Positions 22,230 to 32,356 of a stretch of DNA of 64,000 nt are shown here, piece after piece. The position numbers and the translations under genes are program-made. This DNA is from an uncultured Nitrososphaerales archaeon (GTDB taxonomy: Archaea; Thermoproteota; Nitrososphaeria; Nitrososphaerales; Nitrososphaeraceae): positions 32,001 through 96,000 of the forward strand of contig CAWJCY010000003.1 of NCBI GenBank assembly GCA_963841565.1. Reading direction: 5' to 3'. Numbering within the stretch: position 1 is the stretch's first letter; every line of letters begins with the position of its first letter. The notes beneath the pieces were generated by a model. That model was not told the origin of the DNA and made no database searches. It was given only the letters and a program-made list of their open reading frames with translations.

Positions 22230-22784
22230 TTGATACCATATAGAGGACCAACACGTCAGGAACATACTGTGCTTCGCAGAGGCTTCGACCGTTGGGGAAT
22301 ATTTGATTACATTGTCGACAAAGAGATACTCCTTAAGGAAAAAAAATTGAACGGTTCTAAAATTAAGGAGGTATATTTAACCACAAGAGATAACTTTAAA
22401 ATGATACCCGAGAACACATCGTTATCCCATATTGGGATGTTAATTGGGCACCTGAAGAGAAGGAGTTTTGTCCCATCTATGGCGGGAGCAGACCTGATTG
22501 CTAGAGTAGGCGTTAAATTTCCGTTTGTTACAGTGAACCAAACTGCTGAGGCATTGGTTCTGTACGGTCGAGATATAATGCACGGTTCTATCGTAGACTA
22601 CGGGAATTTGAGTCAAAATAATACTATTGTTATCATATTTAATAAAAATCGAGTCCCTATTGGCCTGGGAATAACTATGCTGGCTATTGGGAAAAATATA
22701 CACAGATCAAATGAGAGAATCGTTATAAAGACAATAGCGGACGCTGGACACTACCTAAGGAATGAGCGACTGATAGACAGGTGA
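22230..22784 (+). CDS. Nip7-like PUA-domain ribosome biogenesis protein
   Basis: AEALVLYGRDI, PIGLG, ADAGHYLR; follows the NOP2 gene. Confidence 0.8.
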   Translation: MIPYRGPTRQEHTVLRRGFDRWGIFDYIVDKEILLKEKKLNGSKIKEVYLTTRDNFKMIPENTSLSHIGMLIGHLKRRSFVPSMAGADLIARVGVKFPFVTVNQTAEALVLYGRDIMHGSIVDYGNLSQNNTIVIIFNKNRVPIGLGITMLAIGKNIHRSNERIVIKTIADAGHYLRNERLIDR

Positions 22785-22997
22785 GAGAGACATGAACTGA
22801 TGCTAAAATGAATGCAGTAGGATCTATCTCCAGGATATGCAGTGGGCAGCGAAAGAATCGCCTTATGAATGTTATTGACACCATTCATATATAGGCAGGT
22901 GCGTCAGCATTTGTAGGATACCGATCCCATTTTACTGGTATTAAAGTAAGAAAGTAAGTAGGTGAGTGAGCTGGCATATTTCTAAGATGAGATCTCT

Positions 22998-24062
22998 CTA
23001 TTTTCTCGTTTTTATTAGGACGAAAACAGCAACTGCGCCCATCATACCACCTAGAACCAGCAGTACCTGTATCGGAAATCCCCCAGTAGCGGTCGTAGTT
23101 CCTGCTGGTGCTTGTTGGGTTACGACGGCAAACTCCGTATCTCCGGTCCTTTGTATCTTCGAGAAACCGGCTATGATCATCTGTGCTGATGTTGGGGGTG
23201 TAGTAGATTCAACCGTGATTGGTGTGCCATCCATGGTGGCACTGGCTTGCTTTTCTGTTTCTTGGAACGTCCCCTCTCTAAAGCTGCTTTCTCCAAGAGA
23301 GTATATCGATACTACTCTCGCACCGCCTATCTCCTCAAATCCAGAACTTGCGGCGCCAGCTTGGCTACCTGTCGGATCAAAGAGAAAGTGCCATGTATCC
23401 ATCGGGTGGTTCGGGAGTCCTACATCCTGAAAATTAAACAGCGGATCTGCCATAATTGCTGCCGCTTCAGTGTTCATTAATTGTCCCGCGACACTTGAAT
23501 GATTGGCTTGTAGAAGGCCGATTGGGTGGTTGACGTCAATGTCTCCATATGGAGTAGAAAGCGTGATGGGTTCCGCTACGTTGATGCCTCTCCAATCCAA
23601 GTCAACTACATCAGCAGTTTGATTCTCCCTAGATAACGTAGTTCCATTAATAAATGAAGGCTTCAACTGTACGTTGTATGAAAGTGATAATTCATCCTCT
23701 GTTCCTTTCAGCTGACCTGTGTAGGTCAAACTAGCATTTGTAATTCTCACAGGACTATTCTTTTGGGAGGCAATCGCATCGTTGAATGCCTGTATAAGCT
23801 GTGGCATGCCATCTTCGTCGGCCTGCATAGTGAACCTAACGGTTTCAGATTTGCCATTAAACTCTTCGGCTAAAGGACTATTCGGAGGATACTTAATCGT
23901 CAAAAATCGAATAGCACTCCAATCAACCTCGCCATGTCCTGTACTAGGTACCAAAGACGAAGTCATCTGAACTGCATGCACACTCAATATCTGACTAAAG
24001 AGCAGGACCGACATCAAGCCAAAGGAAAGAATGAGAACTAAAGCCTGCACATGAGAAATCAT
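22998..24062 (-). CDS. Exported protein with C-terminal membrane anchor
   Basis: N-terminal signal peptide, Thr-rich linker, C-terminal TM helix followed by KTRK. Confidence 0.75.
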   Translation of the reverse strand: MISHVQALVLILSFGLMSVLLFSQILSVHAVQMTSSLVPSTGHGEVDWSAIRFLTIKYPPNSPLAEEFNGKSETVRFTMQADEDGMPQLIQAFNDAIASQKNSPVRITNASLTYTGQLKGTEDELSLSYNVQLKPSFINGTTLSRENQTADVVDLDWRGINVAEPITLSTPYGDIDVNHPIGLLQANHSSVAGQLMNTEAAAIMADPLFNFQDVGLPNHPMDTWHFLFDPTGSQAGAASSGFEEIGGARVVSIYSLGESSFREGTFQETEKQASATMDGTPITVESTTPPTSAQMIIAGFSKIQRTGDTEFAVVTQQAPAGTTTATGGFPIQVLLVLGGMMGAVAVFVLIKTRK

Positions 24063-24262
24063 CGTTTTCTTGCTTATATTCCTTTTTGAAGCTAATTATT
24101 GGTAGCATAATAAGAACAAAATGAAGAGGCAACTTGAGCTGGTGTAAACCATAGGAACAGTCGCAGCACAACTATTCATCACATGATGGCAACAAATACA
24201 ACCACAACTACATCTACGACGAAAATTTTACATTCCCAAGTACCCTTTTAAAACCCAATCCA

Positions 24263-25177
24263 TTGATCACTATTCTTTCTGGTGGCACAGGTTCCATGAA
24301 ACTGGTACGAGGGTTCAGTCAGATTGACAATTCATTCGCAGTTATCTTGAATGTTGGCGATAATGTTTGGAAATATGGATTGTACATTTGTCCTGATATT
24401 GACACCATATTCTATGGCTTGTCAGGGATGCTTGATGTAGGCCGGGGATGGGGGATAAAGGGTGACACATTCAATTTCATTGACCAGATTGGTGAACTTG
24501 GAATGGAGAATTGGTTTCGAATCGGTGATCGAGACTTGGCCACTCATGTCCTCAGAACAGAGTTGATCCGAAAGGGTATGACATTGACTCAGGTAACTGA
24601 ATATTTTCGATCGGTTTACAAGCTGAAGGCTAGGTTGATTCCAATATCGGATGATAGTATCGAAACTCGCATTATTACGAGCCGTGGTGATATGAATATT
24701 CAGGAATTCTGGGTGAAGTATAAAGCTGCCCCCAAGGTAGTCGGAGTAGCATACAGGGGAGCAGATGATTCACGGTTGACTGCCGGTGTCTTGAGGCTGA
24801 TACGTAGCTCGGAAAGAATCATTATTGCGCCCGCCAACCCCATAAGCAGCATAGGGCCGTCACTGGCGGTTCCGGGGGTCAGGAATGAATTGGCCAGGGT
24901 CAAGAAGAAGGTAATTGCAATTTCTCCTATAGAGGGCAAACAAGCATTCAGCGGTCCAGCCAGTAAGTATATGAAGGCATTAAAACTGGATATATCTCCA
25001 GTGGGGATAGCCAAATTCTACTCAGATATTATTGGTTCGATTGTAATTTCGAAGGCGGACCGGGCGTATGAAGGGATACTTAAGAAGCTGGGATTAAATG
25101 TTTATCTTAATAATATTGCGATGAACTCATTCCATGAAGAGCGCAGGCTAGCTGAGTTAGTCGCAGGCATAACATAG
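24263..25177 (+). CDS. cofD: 2-phospho-L-lactate transferase (F420 biosynthesis)
   Basis: LSGGTG, NVGD, CPDIDT, GDRD.ATH, QEFWV, NPISSIGP, SGPA. Confidence 0.95.
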   Translation: MITILSGGTGSMKLVRGFSQIDNSFAVILNVGDNVWKYGLYICPDIDTIFYGLSGMLDVGRGWGIKGDTFNFIDQIGELGMENWFRIGDRDLATHVLRTELIRKGMTLTQVTEYFRSVYKLKARLIPISDDSIETRIITSRGDMNIQEFWVKYKAAPKVVGVAYRGADDSRLTAGVLRLIRSSERIIIAPANPISSIGPSLAVPGVRNELARVKKKVIAISPIEGKQAFSGPASKYMKALKLDISPVGIAKFYSDIIGSIVISKADRAYEGILKKLGLNVYLNNIAMNSFHEERRLAELVAGIT

Positions 25178-25195
25178 GGAATCATAGTTGGTAGC

Positions 25196-25949
25196 ATGGA
25201 TATATGTGCGATCATTCCAGTAAAGAGCTTTGATCAAGCCAAATCCAGGCTTTCAGCTCTCTTGGATAAAGACCAACGCGTCGAATTGTCTCGTTTTTTA
25301 TTGCAAGACACACTGAACACCCTTTCACTCTCCCGTGCATTGGCGAAAATTATTGTTGTGTCAAGTGATCCTTTGGTGAAGGAGATAACCCAGAATCTGG
25401 GACTGGAGTGCCTATTTCAATCTAGGGACAAGGGTGTCAATAATGCAGTTAAGTACGCAGACAAGTATCTGAGCACCAGCGGAAATTGGATCAGCATTAT
25501 ACGTACCATGCGATTTACCATTACTCTTGCCAAAAGATATCGACGGCGTATGCCAAGTAATCCCCAAGGAAGGCGCCTGTGTCATCGTATGTCCTTCATA
25601 CAAATTCGATGGAACTAATTTGCTTGTACGGAACCCATTTAACATCATCAGTGATACCAGGTATGATAGTGACAGTTTTCATGGGCATCTTGAGGCTTCG
25701 ATAGAAGCGGAGGCGAATACAAAGGTGTTACTATCCACCAGATTAATGATTGATCTCGACACTCCTGAGGATCTGCGGCTTGTCTTGAGCAAAGATGCGT
25801 CAGCAAAGAATTCGATCTCATACCTCCGGAAGATCAAGAAAAATAGTTTTGGGTCATCTACCACATCAGCTACTATAAAGACAGAAACGAAAACAGAACT
25901 GAACACAGACTCAACTGATTCCGCCTCGAGGCCAGTAAGAGATCTCTAG
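25196..25949 (+). CDS. cofC: 2-phospho-L-lactate guanylyltransferase, frameshifted near 25500
   Basis: IIPVK...AKSRL, DGTNLL, SF.GH, DLDTPEDL split across two ORFs. Confidence 0.9.
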
Positions 25950-25969
25950 AGGCAGTGAGTCAATACTAG

Positions 25970-26626
25970 ATGTATCCAAATGCAACCCTCCTTGTAGACT
26001 GTATCAGCGCGATCTGTGAAGGTACCTTAACCGTCGATGGCTTCAGGGCCTTAGCTTGCATTAGAAGTGCAACTGTTGCAAATGAAATTTTGAAATTCCT
26101 ATTAGCAAGAGGAATAGGCAAGCGCCCTAGCAGAGCACTTCTTTCATTCTCGTCGACTGATAGATTGAAAGCGTCAATTTTAGCCGTCAGTTTGGGCGCA
26201 GACGTCATGAAAATCTCCCAACTTCTGTCCTGGAAAGACTTCGAAAGGTTTGCATCAGAGATATTGCTCAGCTGTGGGTTCCGAACTATTAACAACGTTC
26301 GATTCACCAAACCTCGAGCAGAGATTGATATAGTAGCAACCAAATCTCAGTTAGGCCTGTCTATCGACTGCAAGCATTGGGCCAACAGTGGGCGGAGTGG
26401 GCTATTTGCGCACACTCAAAAACAGATTCAAAGAACAGAGCGACTACTTAGCAGCCCCTATGAATTTAGAAAAGCAGTTCCTGTATTGCTCACCATTTAT
26501 CCGAACTTTCAGCCTTGCTTCTCCAATCTAGTTCCAATAGTAGACATAAGCAAGTTCCGATCTTTTGTAAATGAGATAGAATCCAATACGGACAATGTAC
26601 TGTCCATAAGCAGAGAAAAGATCTGA
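25970..26626 (+). CDS. Restriction-endonuclease-like (Mrr/NERD-type) protein
   Basis: LSWKDFERF, EIDIVA....SIDCKHW. Confidence 0.75.
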   Translation: MYPNATLLVDCISAICEGTLTVDGFRALACIRSATVANEILKFLLARGIGKRPSRALLSFSSTDRLKASILAVSLGADVMKISQLLSWKDFERFASEILLSCGFRTINNVRFTKPRAEIDIVATKSQLGLSIDCKHWANSGRSGLFAHTQKQIQRTERLLSSPYEFRKAVPVLLTIYPNFQPCFSNLVPIVDISKFRSFVNEIESNTDNVLSISREKI

Positions 26627-26677
26627 CCGCCAATTACTCTTGCTTCATAGTTCTGAACATAGATTGAGGATGCTTGT

Positions 26678-27163
26678 CTATACGTTTAGCATTTTGTGGG
26701 CTTCCCAAATCTTGTCGCTTATGTAGTGCAAAGTCTGAATAACATGGCCTTTTTGTTCTTCGATCGCCTTGTCGCTATCAATTAATGCTATACCAACGGC
26801 TAAAGGTTTGTTATGTACTTCGTCCTTGATTACGACTATGTTCCCCTTCTTAAAGTTATCAAAAGCCGTAATTCCAGGCCTTGTCACCTTTGCTCCATTG
26901 CAGACAAAGCGAACAGCACCCATATCGACTGTAACCGACGGGAAACGAGCTAGGAGCGAAACATCTCCAAGAAAAGGAACAATGTACCTCTCCTTACCTA
27001 TTTGAACTGCAGTAAATTCGTCAGATTTGAAGAGTGATTCATCTCCATCTACTTGGTATTCTTTAATAGTCTTCGTTTTAGGAACAATATCCATGGGCCA
27101 AGAAGCCTCGATCCTCTTGACGAGCAATGCTGTGTCTCTTTTAGAGAGAAAGGTCGACTTCAT
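26678..27163 (-). CDS. PUA-domain RNA-binding protein (DUF1947/MCT-1-like)
   Basis: VTVDMGAVRFVCNGA.V.RPGI, LHYISDKIW. Confidence 0.9.
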   Translation of the reverse strand: MKSTFLSKRDTALLVKRIEASWPMDIVPKTKTIKEYQVDGDESLFKSDEFTAVQIGKERYIVPFLGDVSLLARFPSVTVDMGAVRFVCNGAKVTRPGITAFDNFKKGNIVVIKDEVHNKPLAVGIALIDSDKAIEEQKGHVIQTLHYISDKIWEAHKMLNV

Positions 27164-27202
27164 ATAATCCTGACTTCTAATCTAATCACATTTCAGTAAA
27201 CT

Positions 27203-28405
27203 TTAGTTTTTATCTGTTCTATTATTGATTGGTATGTATTCACAGCCCATGGGTCCACAATATTTACCAACATACAAAGCTTTCGGTCTGTATAGCGCAG
27301 GTCTGGGAGCAGCTTCAGCAAATTTTTCTTCAATAACATGAGTTGTCCATCCTGCAATTCTGGATATGGCAAAGATAGGAGTATTGAGCTCGATTGGTAT
27401 TCCCATGCTGTAATACAATGATGCACTATAAAGATCCACATTTGGATATATTGGCTGCTTCTTGCGTTCTCTCATATACTTCCTAGTAGCATCTTCAACC
27501 CGAGCTGTTATATCGTACCAAGGTGTATTTCTTTTTCTTGAAATAATTTTCGATAGTCTGGCTAGGATATCTGCTCTAGGATCGGTTGTCTTGTACACGG
27601 CATGACCCATTCCCATAATCCTTTCTCCATTATCAAGTCTGGACTTCACCCACGTATCGACTTTATCCACTTTTCCTATCTCGAGAAGCATTTTCATTAC
27701 CTGAATGTTTGCTCCACCATGTAATTCTCCAGAGAGCGCGCCAATAGCTCCTCCAATGGACGCGTACATATGTGCCCTAGTAGACGCTATTTCTCGTGCT
27801 GCGAATGTAGAAGCATTAAAGCTATGTTCGGCATGTAGGATTAATGAAATGTCAAATATTCTAGATTCCTCTTTAGACGGCATTTCGTCCGTTAACATGT
27901 AAAGAAAGTTAGACGCATGATTCGCGTTATCGCCAAGTGGTTCCACAGGCTCTTTTCCCTTTCTAATTCGGTCCCATGCTGCCACAAGCGTCGCAATCTT
28001 AGCTATAAGATTTATGGCCCTCTTGATGTTTGCTTCCTTAACATCGCTATTCATGTCAGGATCGTAGTCCGGTAGTTCAGAAATAGTCGACTGTATCACA
28101 TCCATGGGTCTGGCTGATTTTGATCTATTTTTCATATTGTCGATAACTGATCGAGGAAGATCTCTTGCACTAGATAACTGCTCAGAAAATTCTTTAAGAT
28201 TGACCTTATCTGGCAAGTCTCCGAAAAGCAAGAGGTAGGACGTCTCTTCAAATGTAGAATGGTTGACAAGATCAAAGATGTCATAACCACGATAAATAAG
28301 TTTACCATTTTCACCATCAATGGAGCAGATTTTAGTATCTGCAACTTCAATATTTCTTAAGCCGATATTCCTTGTATCCATCTGATAACTACTGATTTTT
28401 CTCAC
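27203..28405 (-). CDS. gltA: Citrate synthase
   Basis: LIYRGY, HAEHSFNAST, LHGGAN, MGHAVYK..DPR, PNVD. Confidence 0.95.
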   Translation of the reverse strand: MRKISSYQMDTRNIGLRNIEVADTKICSIDGENGKLIYRGYDIFDLVNHSTFEETSYLLLFGDLPDKVNLKEFSEQLSSARDLPRSVIDNMKNRSKSARPMDVIQSTISELPDYDPDMNSDVKEANIKRAINLIAKIATLVAAWDRIRKGKEPVEPLGDNANHASNFLYMLTDEMPSKEESRIFDISLILHAEHSFNASTFAAREIASTRAHMYASIGGAIGALSGELHGGANIQVMKMLLEIGKVDKVDTWVKSRLDNGERIMGMGHAVYKTTDPRADILARLSKIISRKRNTPWYDITARVEDATRKYMRERKKQPIYPNVDLYSASLYYSMGIPIELNTPIFAISRIAGWTTHVIEEKFAEAAPRPALYRPKALYVGKYCGPMGCEYIPINNRTDKN

Positions 28406-28723
28406 TTTCTATATTAAAGTAATGGACATATGAATTCTTCCAATATTCATTTCATGCGAAATAAGTATTCATCTCGAATTCTCGTATTTTTTATAGTATC
28501 TAGAAGAGCAAAAGTATGAGAATTATGTGTCTCATTCAAAAAATCCTATCTGCTCCCTACTCAGACTTTATGGAAATGTCGTTAGTGTTCCATCCGCGAA
28601 CCCCTTCCTTTTACAACTGGGAAACACTTAATTTATGAAAATATGCTTGCTTGGTAACAAACCGTTGACTTACACGCAGAGAACATATCACTTTTAAGTA
28701 GGTCATGGAAGTGAACTAGTACA

Positions 28724-29512
28724 ATGGTCTTTGGTAGGGACATTAGACTCAACCGGATCTTAAGGGATGGAAAAATGGTATGCATTCCTATGGATCATGG
28801 AATTACCAACGGTCCAATACCCGGCTTGGAGAATGTTCACGGAGTCATATATGATTATCAAGACGCAGGGTTGACTTGCGTCTTAATTAACAAAGGGATC
28901 ATAAAATCAATGCCAAGGGCTCCTAAAATTGGATTGATTGCTCATCTTTCGGCGAGTACGGTATTGGGACCTTCACCAAACCGAAAGATACTCATAGGCA
29001 ATGTAGAAGAAGCCCTCAGACTGGGCGCAGATGCCGTATCCATACATCTGAATATTGGTTCGAAGGAAGAACCAGAGATGCTACAAAAATTAGGGATCAT
29101 TTCTGACCAATGTGATGAATGGAGTGTTCCGCTCGTTGCTATGATGTATCCTAGAGGAGAAAATGTCAAGGATCCACACGATCCAGGGATCGTCGCCCAT
29201 GCTGCCAGGATAGGAGCCGAAGGTGGTGCTGACATGGTAAAGACGATATATACGGGAGATATTGACTCCTTTAGAAACGTAGTTAAATCCTGTCCAGTAC
29301 CTATAGTAATAGCTGGAGGTCCTAAGGCAACTAGTGATGCAGAAATCATGCAGCTATGTTATGACGCAATGGAAGCTGGAGTTAAAGGGATAACATTTGG
29401 TCGAAACATTTTTCAGCACAAGGACCCATTCATGATAATTAAACTACTAACAGAGATTGTCATGTCTGGAAAAACTCCTGAAGAGGCGAGGATGGTTTCT
29501 GCATACAAATAA
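28724..29512 (+). CDS. 2-amino-3,7-dideoxy-D-threo-hept-6-ulosonate synthase (AroA')
   Basis: PMDHG, AMMYPRG, GAD.VKT.Y, AGGPK, GRNIFQH; directly upstream of DHQ synthase II. Confidence 0.9.
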   Translation: MVFGRDIRLNRILRDGKMVCIPMDHGITNGPIPGLENVHGVIYDYQDAGLTCVLINKGIIKSMPRAPKIGLIAHLSASTVLGPSPNRKILIGNVEEALRLGADAVSIHLNIGSKEEPEMLQKLGIISDQCDEWSVPLVAMMYPRGENVKDPHDPGIVAHAARIGAEGGADMVKTIYTGDIDSFRNVVKSCPVPIVIAGGPKATSDAEIMQLCYDAMEAGVKGITFGRNIFQHKDPFMIIKLLTEIVMSGKTPEEARMVSAYK

Positions 29513-30560
29513 GAATAAGGTTTTAATCATCAAGCCGGATTTCAACGAAATTGATACTAGTCGATTTCTCAATTCCATTTCAAGTCAACACATTGTCTAT
29601 GCGAATCCAGAGCAAGTACGCGGATCGCCTGCAAAGACAATGTATGAATCAACGCAGGCCGATTATGTGGTATTTCGGGAGATTGAGCAACTCCGAAAGT
29701 TTAATGACCCTCAGAAAGTCAAAGGATTTTACAAAAAGATAGAGAGTAACAATGATTTAGATCAAATCATTAAAGCTGCAGAAGCGGGTGCCAACTTCAT
29801 AATAGTTGATACAGTGGATTGGAGAATCATACCACTCGAGAATGTAATAGCAACTTTGCAGAGGACTAATACTAGAATTTATGCTCCGGCATCAAGTTCT
29901 AACGAGATAAAGACCCTTTTCTCTGTTTTAGAGCTTGGGGTGGATGGCGTGATACTAACAACCAGAGACCTTAATGACATAGAAGGTGCCACTAAGTTGA
30001 TGGATCCTTCTAATTTGAGCATGAGTATATTGAAGATACGAGATGTAAGAGAGGCTGGAATTGGAGAACGCGTCTGCATTGATACAGCCTCAATTCTAGG
30101 GATGGGGGAAGGAGTCTTGGTGGGTAGCAGATCGAATTTTCTTTTTCTAATACATAACGAATCTCAAGGGTCTTCGTTTACATCACCCCGACCATTTAGG
30201 GTCAACGCGGGAGCAGTTTACTGCTATACCTTAGTCCCCGGCAAGAAGACAAAATACCTTTCAGAGATAGAATCAGGATCTGAGGTGCTTGTTATTGGCA
30301 AAGGGGGAAATGTCAGAGTCGTTACTGTTGGTCGCTCAAAAATTGAGACAAGACCTCTCACTATAATTATGGGCGAATCGAACGGGCAACGAGGTACGGT
30401 TATTCTTCAAAATGCAGAAACGATTCAGCTGATAAGGGATGATGGTTCATTGATTCCAGTCACCAATCTGAAGGTTGGTGACTCGGTACTTGGCGTTGTT
30501 CAACCGAGCTCGGGGAGACATTTTGGAATGGAAGTTTCGGAATATGTATTGGAGAAATAG
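29457..30560 (+). CDS. 3-dehydroquinate synthase II (AroB')
   Basis: W.IIPLEN, LELGVDG, RVCIDT, RPFRVNAG, LQNAET, GRHFG. Confidence 0.95.
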   Translation: MSCLEKLLKRRGWFLHTNKNKVLIIKPDFNEIDTSRFLNSISSQHIVYANPEQVRGSPAKTMYESTQADYVVFREIEQLRKFNDPQKVKGFYKKIESNNDLDQIIKAAEAGANFIIVDTVDWRIIPLENVIATLQRTNTRIYAPASSSNEIKTLFSVLELGVDGVILTTRDLNDIEGATKLMDPSNLSMSILKIRDVREAGIGERVCIDTASILGMGEGVLVGSRSNFLFLIHNESQGSSFTSPRPFRVNAGAVYCYTLVPGKKTKYLSEIESGSEVLVIGKGGNVRVVTVGRSKIETRPLTIIMGESNGQRGTVILQNAETIQLIRDDGSLIPVTNLKVGDSVLGVVQPSSGRHFGMEVSEYVLEK

Positions 30561-30640
30561 ATTGTGTAAATAATAATATCTTGGAGAGTCCATTTTTTTA
30601 AAGCATTTGGAATATCACCACACGGTTAAAGTAGACTGCT

Positions 30641-31513
30641 ATGCTAGTCCAAAAGAATCCATTGGATGATATTATCGCCGGGGATTGTAAGAATATATTG
30701 TCATGCATCCCAGAAGGCTCGATTCAAGTGACAGTTACTTCTCCACCTTACAGAAACGCAATCGATTATGGTATGCATGCTTCGGGCACAGGGGGATACT
30801 ATAGAGGTAAACATCAAGTAGAAACAGATCAGTATCTACTTGAGATGCAGGAAATCTTTAATGAAAAGATATACCGGGCGACCAAAGAAGGTGGATACTG
30901 TTGTATAGTAATAGGAAATGAAGTGGTAAACGGGACCATCTTGCCTCTGCCTCATATGTTACTTTCGAAACTTGTTCAGCCATTTGGTAACTGGCATCTT
31001 CATGAGGAAATTATTTGGCATAAGGTTACTGGTGGCACCAACAGGTACGGGTCATTTGTGATTAACCCGTATCCAAAGTATTTCAGGGCTAATATTATGC
31101 ACGAGTTTATCCTTGTTTTGAGAAAGGGTGATGTCTCAGTAGGGAGAAGAAGGAAAGAGGCCTTACCGGCTACTCACGAAGAGTGGACGAAGGAAATTGC
31201 TAATTCCATTTGGCATATAACTCCAATTCCTCCCGGCTATATACGTCATCCCTGCCCATTTCCAGAAGAAATTCCATATAGATTAATGAAGTTATATTCG
31301 TACAAGGGAGATACCGTTCTAGATCCGTTTAATGGTAGCGGACAAACTACAAAAGTCGCATCTCATTTTGGACGCCACTATATTGGAATTGAGATAATTG
31401 AGGATTATGTGAAACTTGCACTTACTAGACTAAATGAAGAAGAACTGCACATTCGTCCTGAGGCTCTTATTGCTAAGTGGAAGAAGATCCCATCTCATTG
31501 CATAACACGATAG
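30641..31513 (+). CDS. Site-specific DNA methyltransferase (beta class, N4-C/N6-A)
   Basis: Catalytic TSPPY precedes the SAM motif VLDPFNGSGQT; HPCPFP. Confidence 0.92.
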   Translation: MLVQKNPLDDIIAGDCKNILSCIPEGSIQVTVTSPPYRNAIDYGMHASGTGGYYRGKHQVETDQYLLEMQEIFNEKIYRATKEGGYCCIVIGNEVVNGTILPLPHMLLSKLVQPFGNWHLHEEIIWHKVTGGTNRYGSFVINPYPKYFRANIMHEFILVLRKGDVSVGRRRKEALPATHEEWTKEIANSIWHITPIPPGYIRHPCPFPEEIPYRLMKLYSYKGDTVLDPFNGSGQTTKVASHFGRHYIGIEIIEDYVKLALTRLNEEELHIRPEALIAKWKKIPSHCITR

Positions 31514-31650
31514 TCTGACTCAAACTTTCTGGCATGGGTAAATCTCATTAATCTACCTGTGTCAATTACGCTGAAGTTCAGGCTACCTAACAGTATTTCA
31601 TCACTATTGGAGAAGGCTCATAAATATAGCTTCAAGTTCTAATAGTCCCT

Positions 31651-32352
31651 ATGATAAAGATTTGTGCATCTATAGCAGAGATAGAATCAAAAGAATTCAG
31701 CAAGTCTGCTGTTCGAGCCTTTGATATGGGTGCCAGTTTCCTGGAGATTAGATTTGATTATATTGCGTCTAGCAGGTTTTCAGAAGCATTAGCCGTGGTT
31801 CAACCATTCAAAGCAAAATGCATCTACACTCTAAGAAGGATTAGCCAAGGTGGAAAATTTGATGGATCCGAAATGCAGCGTCTTAGTTATTTGAAAGAGT
31901 TAGCCAGCCAGTTGCCGATGATGATCGACGTGGAATACGAGACCTTACAAGAATTTCCTGAAATTGACACCTTTATCAAGTCGTTGAATACACCAATGCT
32001 TTTGTCATGGCATGACTATAAGTCGACACCCTCGGAAAAAGAATTGTCCAAATTGTTGGGTCTGATGAGCTCCTTCAGTAATAATATTAAACTGGTTACT
32101 ATGGCAAATACCTTAGAAGACACACTGAGAGTTTTGAACCTCTACGAAACAGGCGACAAGTCAGTGAATCTTGTGGCCTTCTGTATGGGCGAAATTGGAT
32201 TAGTTTCAAGGGTGCTCTGTGCTTTGCAATCTAATTGTCCGTTCACCTATGCTACGCTTGACCGGCCCGTTGCTCCCGGTCAGTTTACAATAGAACAAAT
32301 GAAAAAGTTTCATCATATGATTACCAGGGACAATTCGCACGACGGAGGTTGA
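31651..32352 (+). CDS. aroD: Type I 3-dehydroquinate dehydratase
   Basis: EIRFD, GG.F.GSE, SWHDY..TP, KLVTMA, MGE.G..SR, APGQ. Confidence 0.93.
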   Translation: MIKICASIAEIESKEFSKSAVRAFDMGASFLEIRFDYIASSRFSEALAVVQPFKAKCIYTLRRISQGGKFDGSEMQRLSYLKELASQLPMMIDVEYETLQEFPEIDTFIKSLNTPMLLSWHDYKSTPSEKELSKLLGLMSSFSNNIKLVTMANTLEDTLRVLNLYETGDKSVNLVAFCMGEIGLVSRVLCALQSNCPFTYATLDRPVAPGQFTIEQMKKFHHMITRDNSHDGG

Positions 32353-32356
32353 AACG

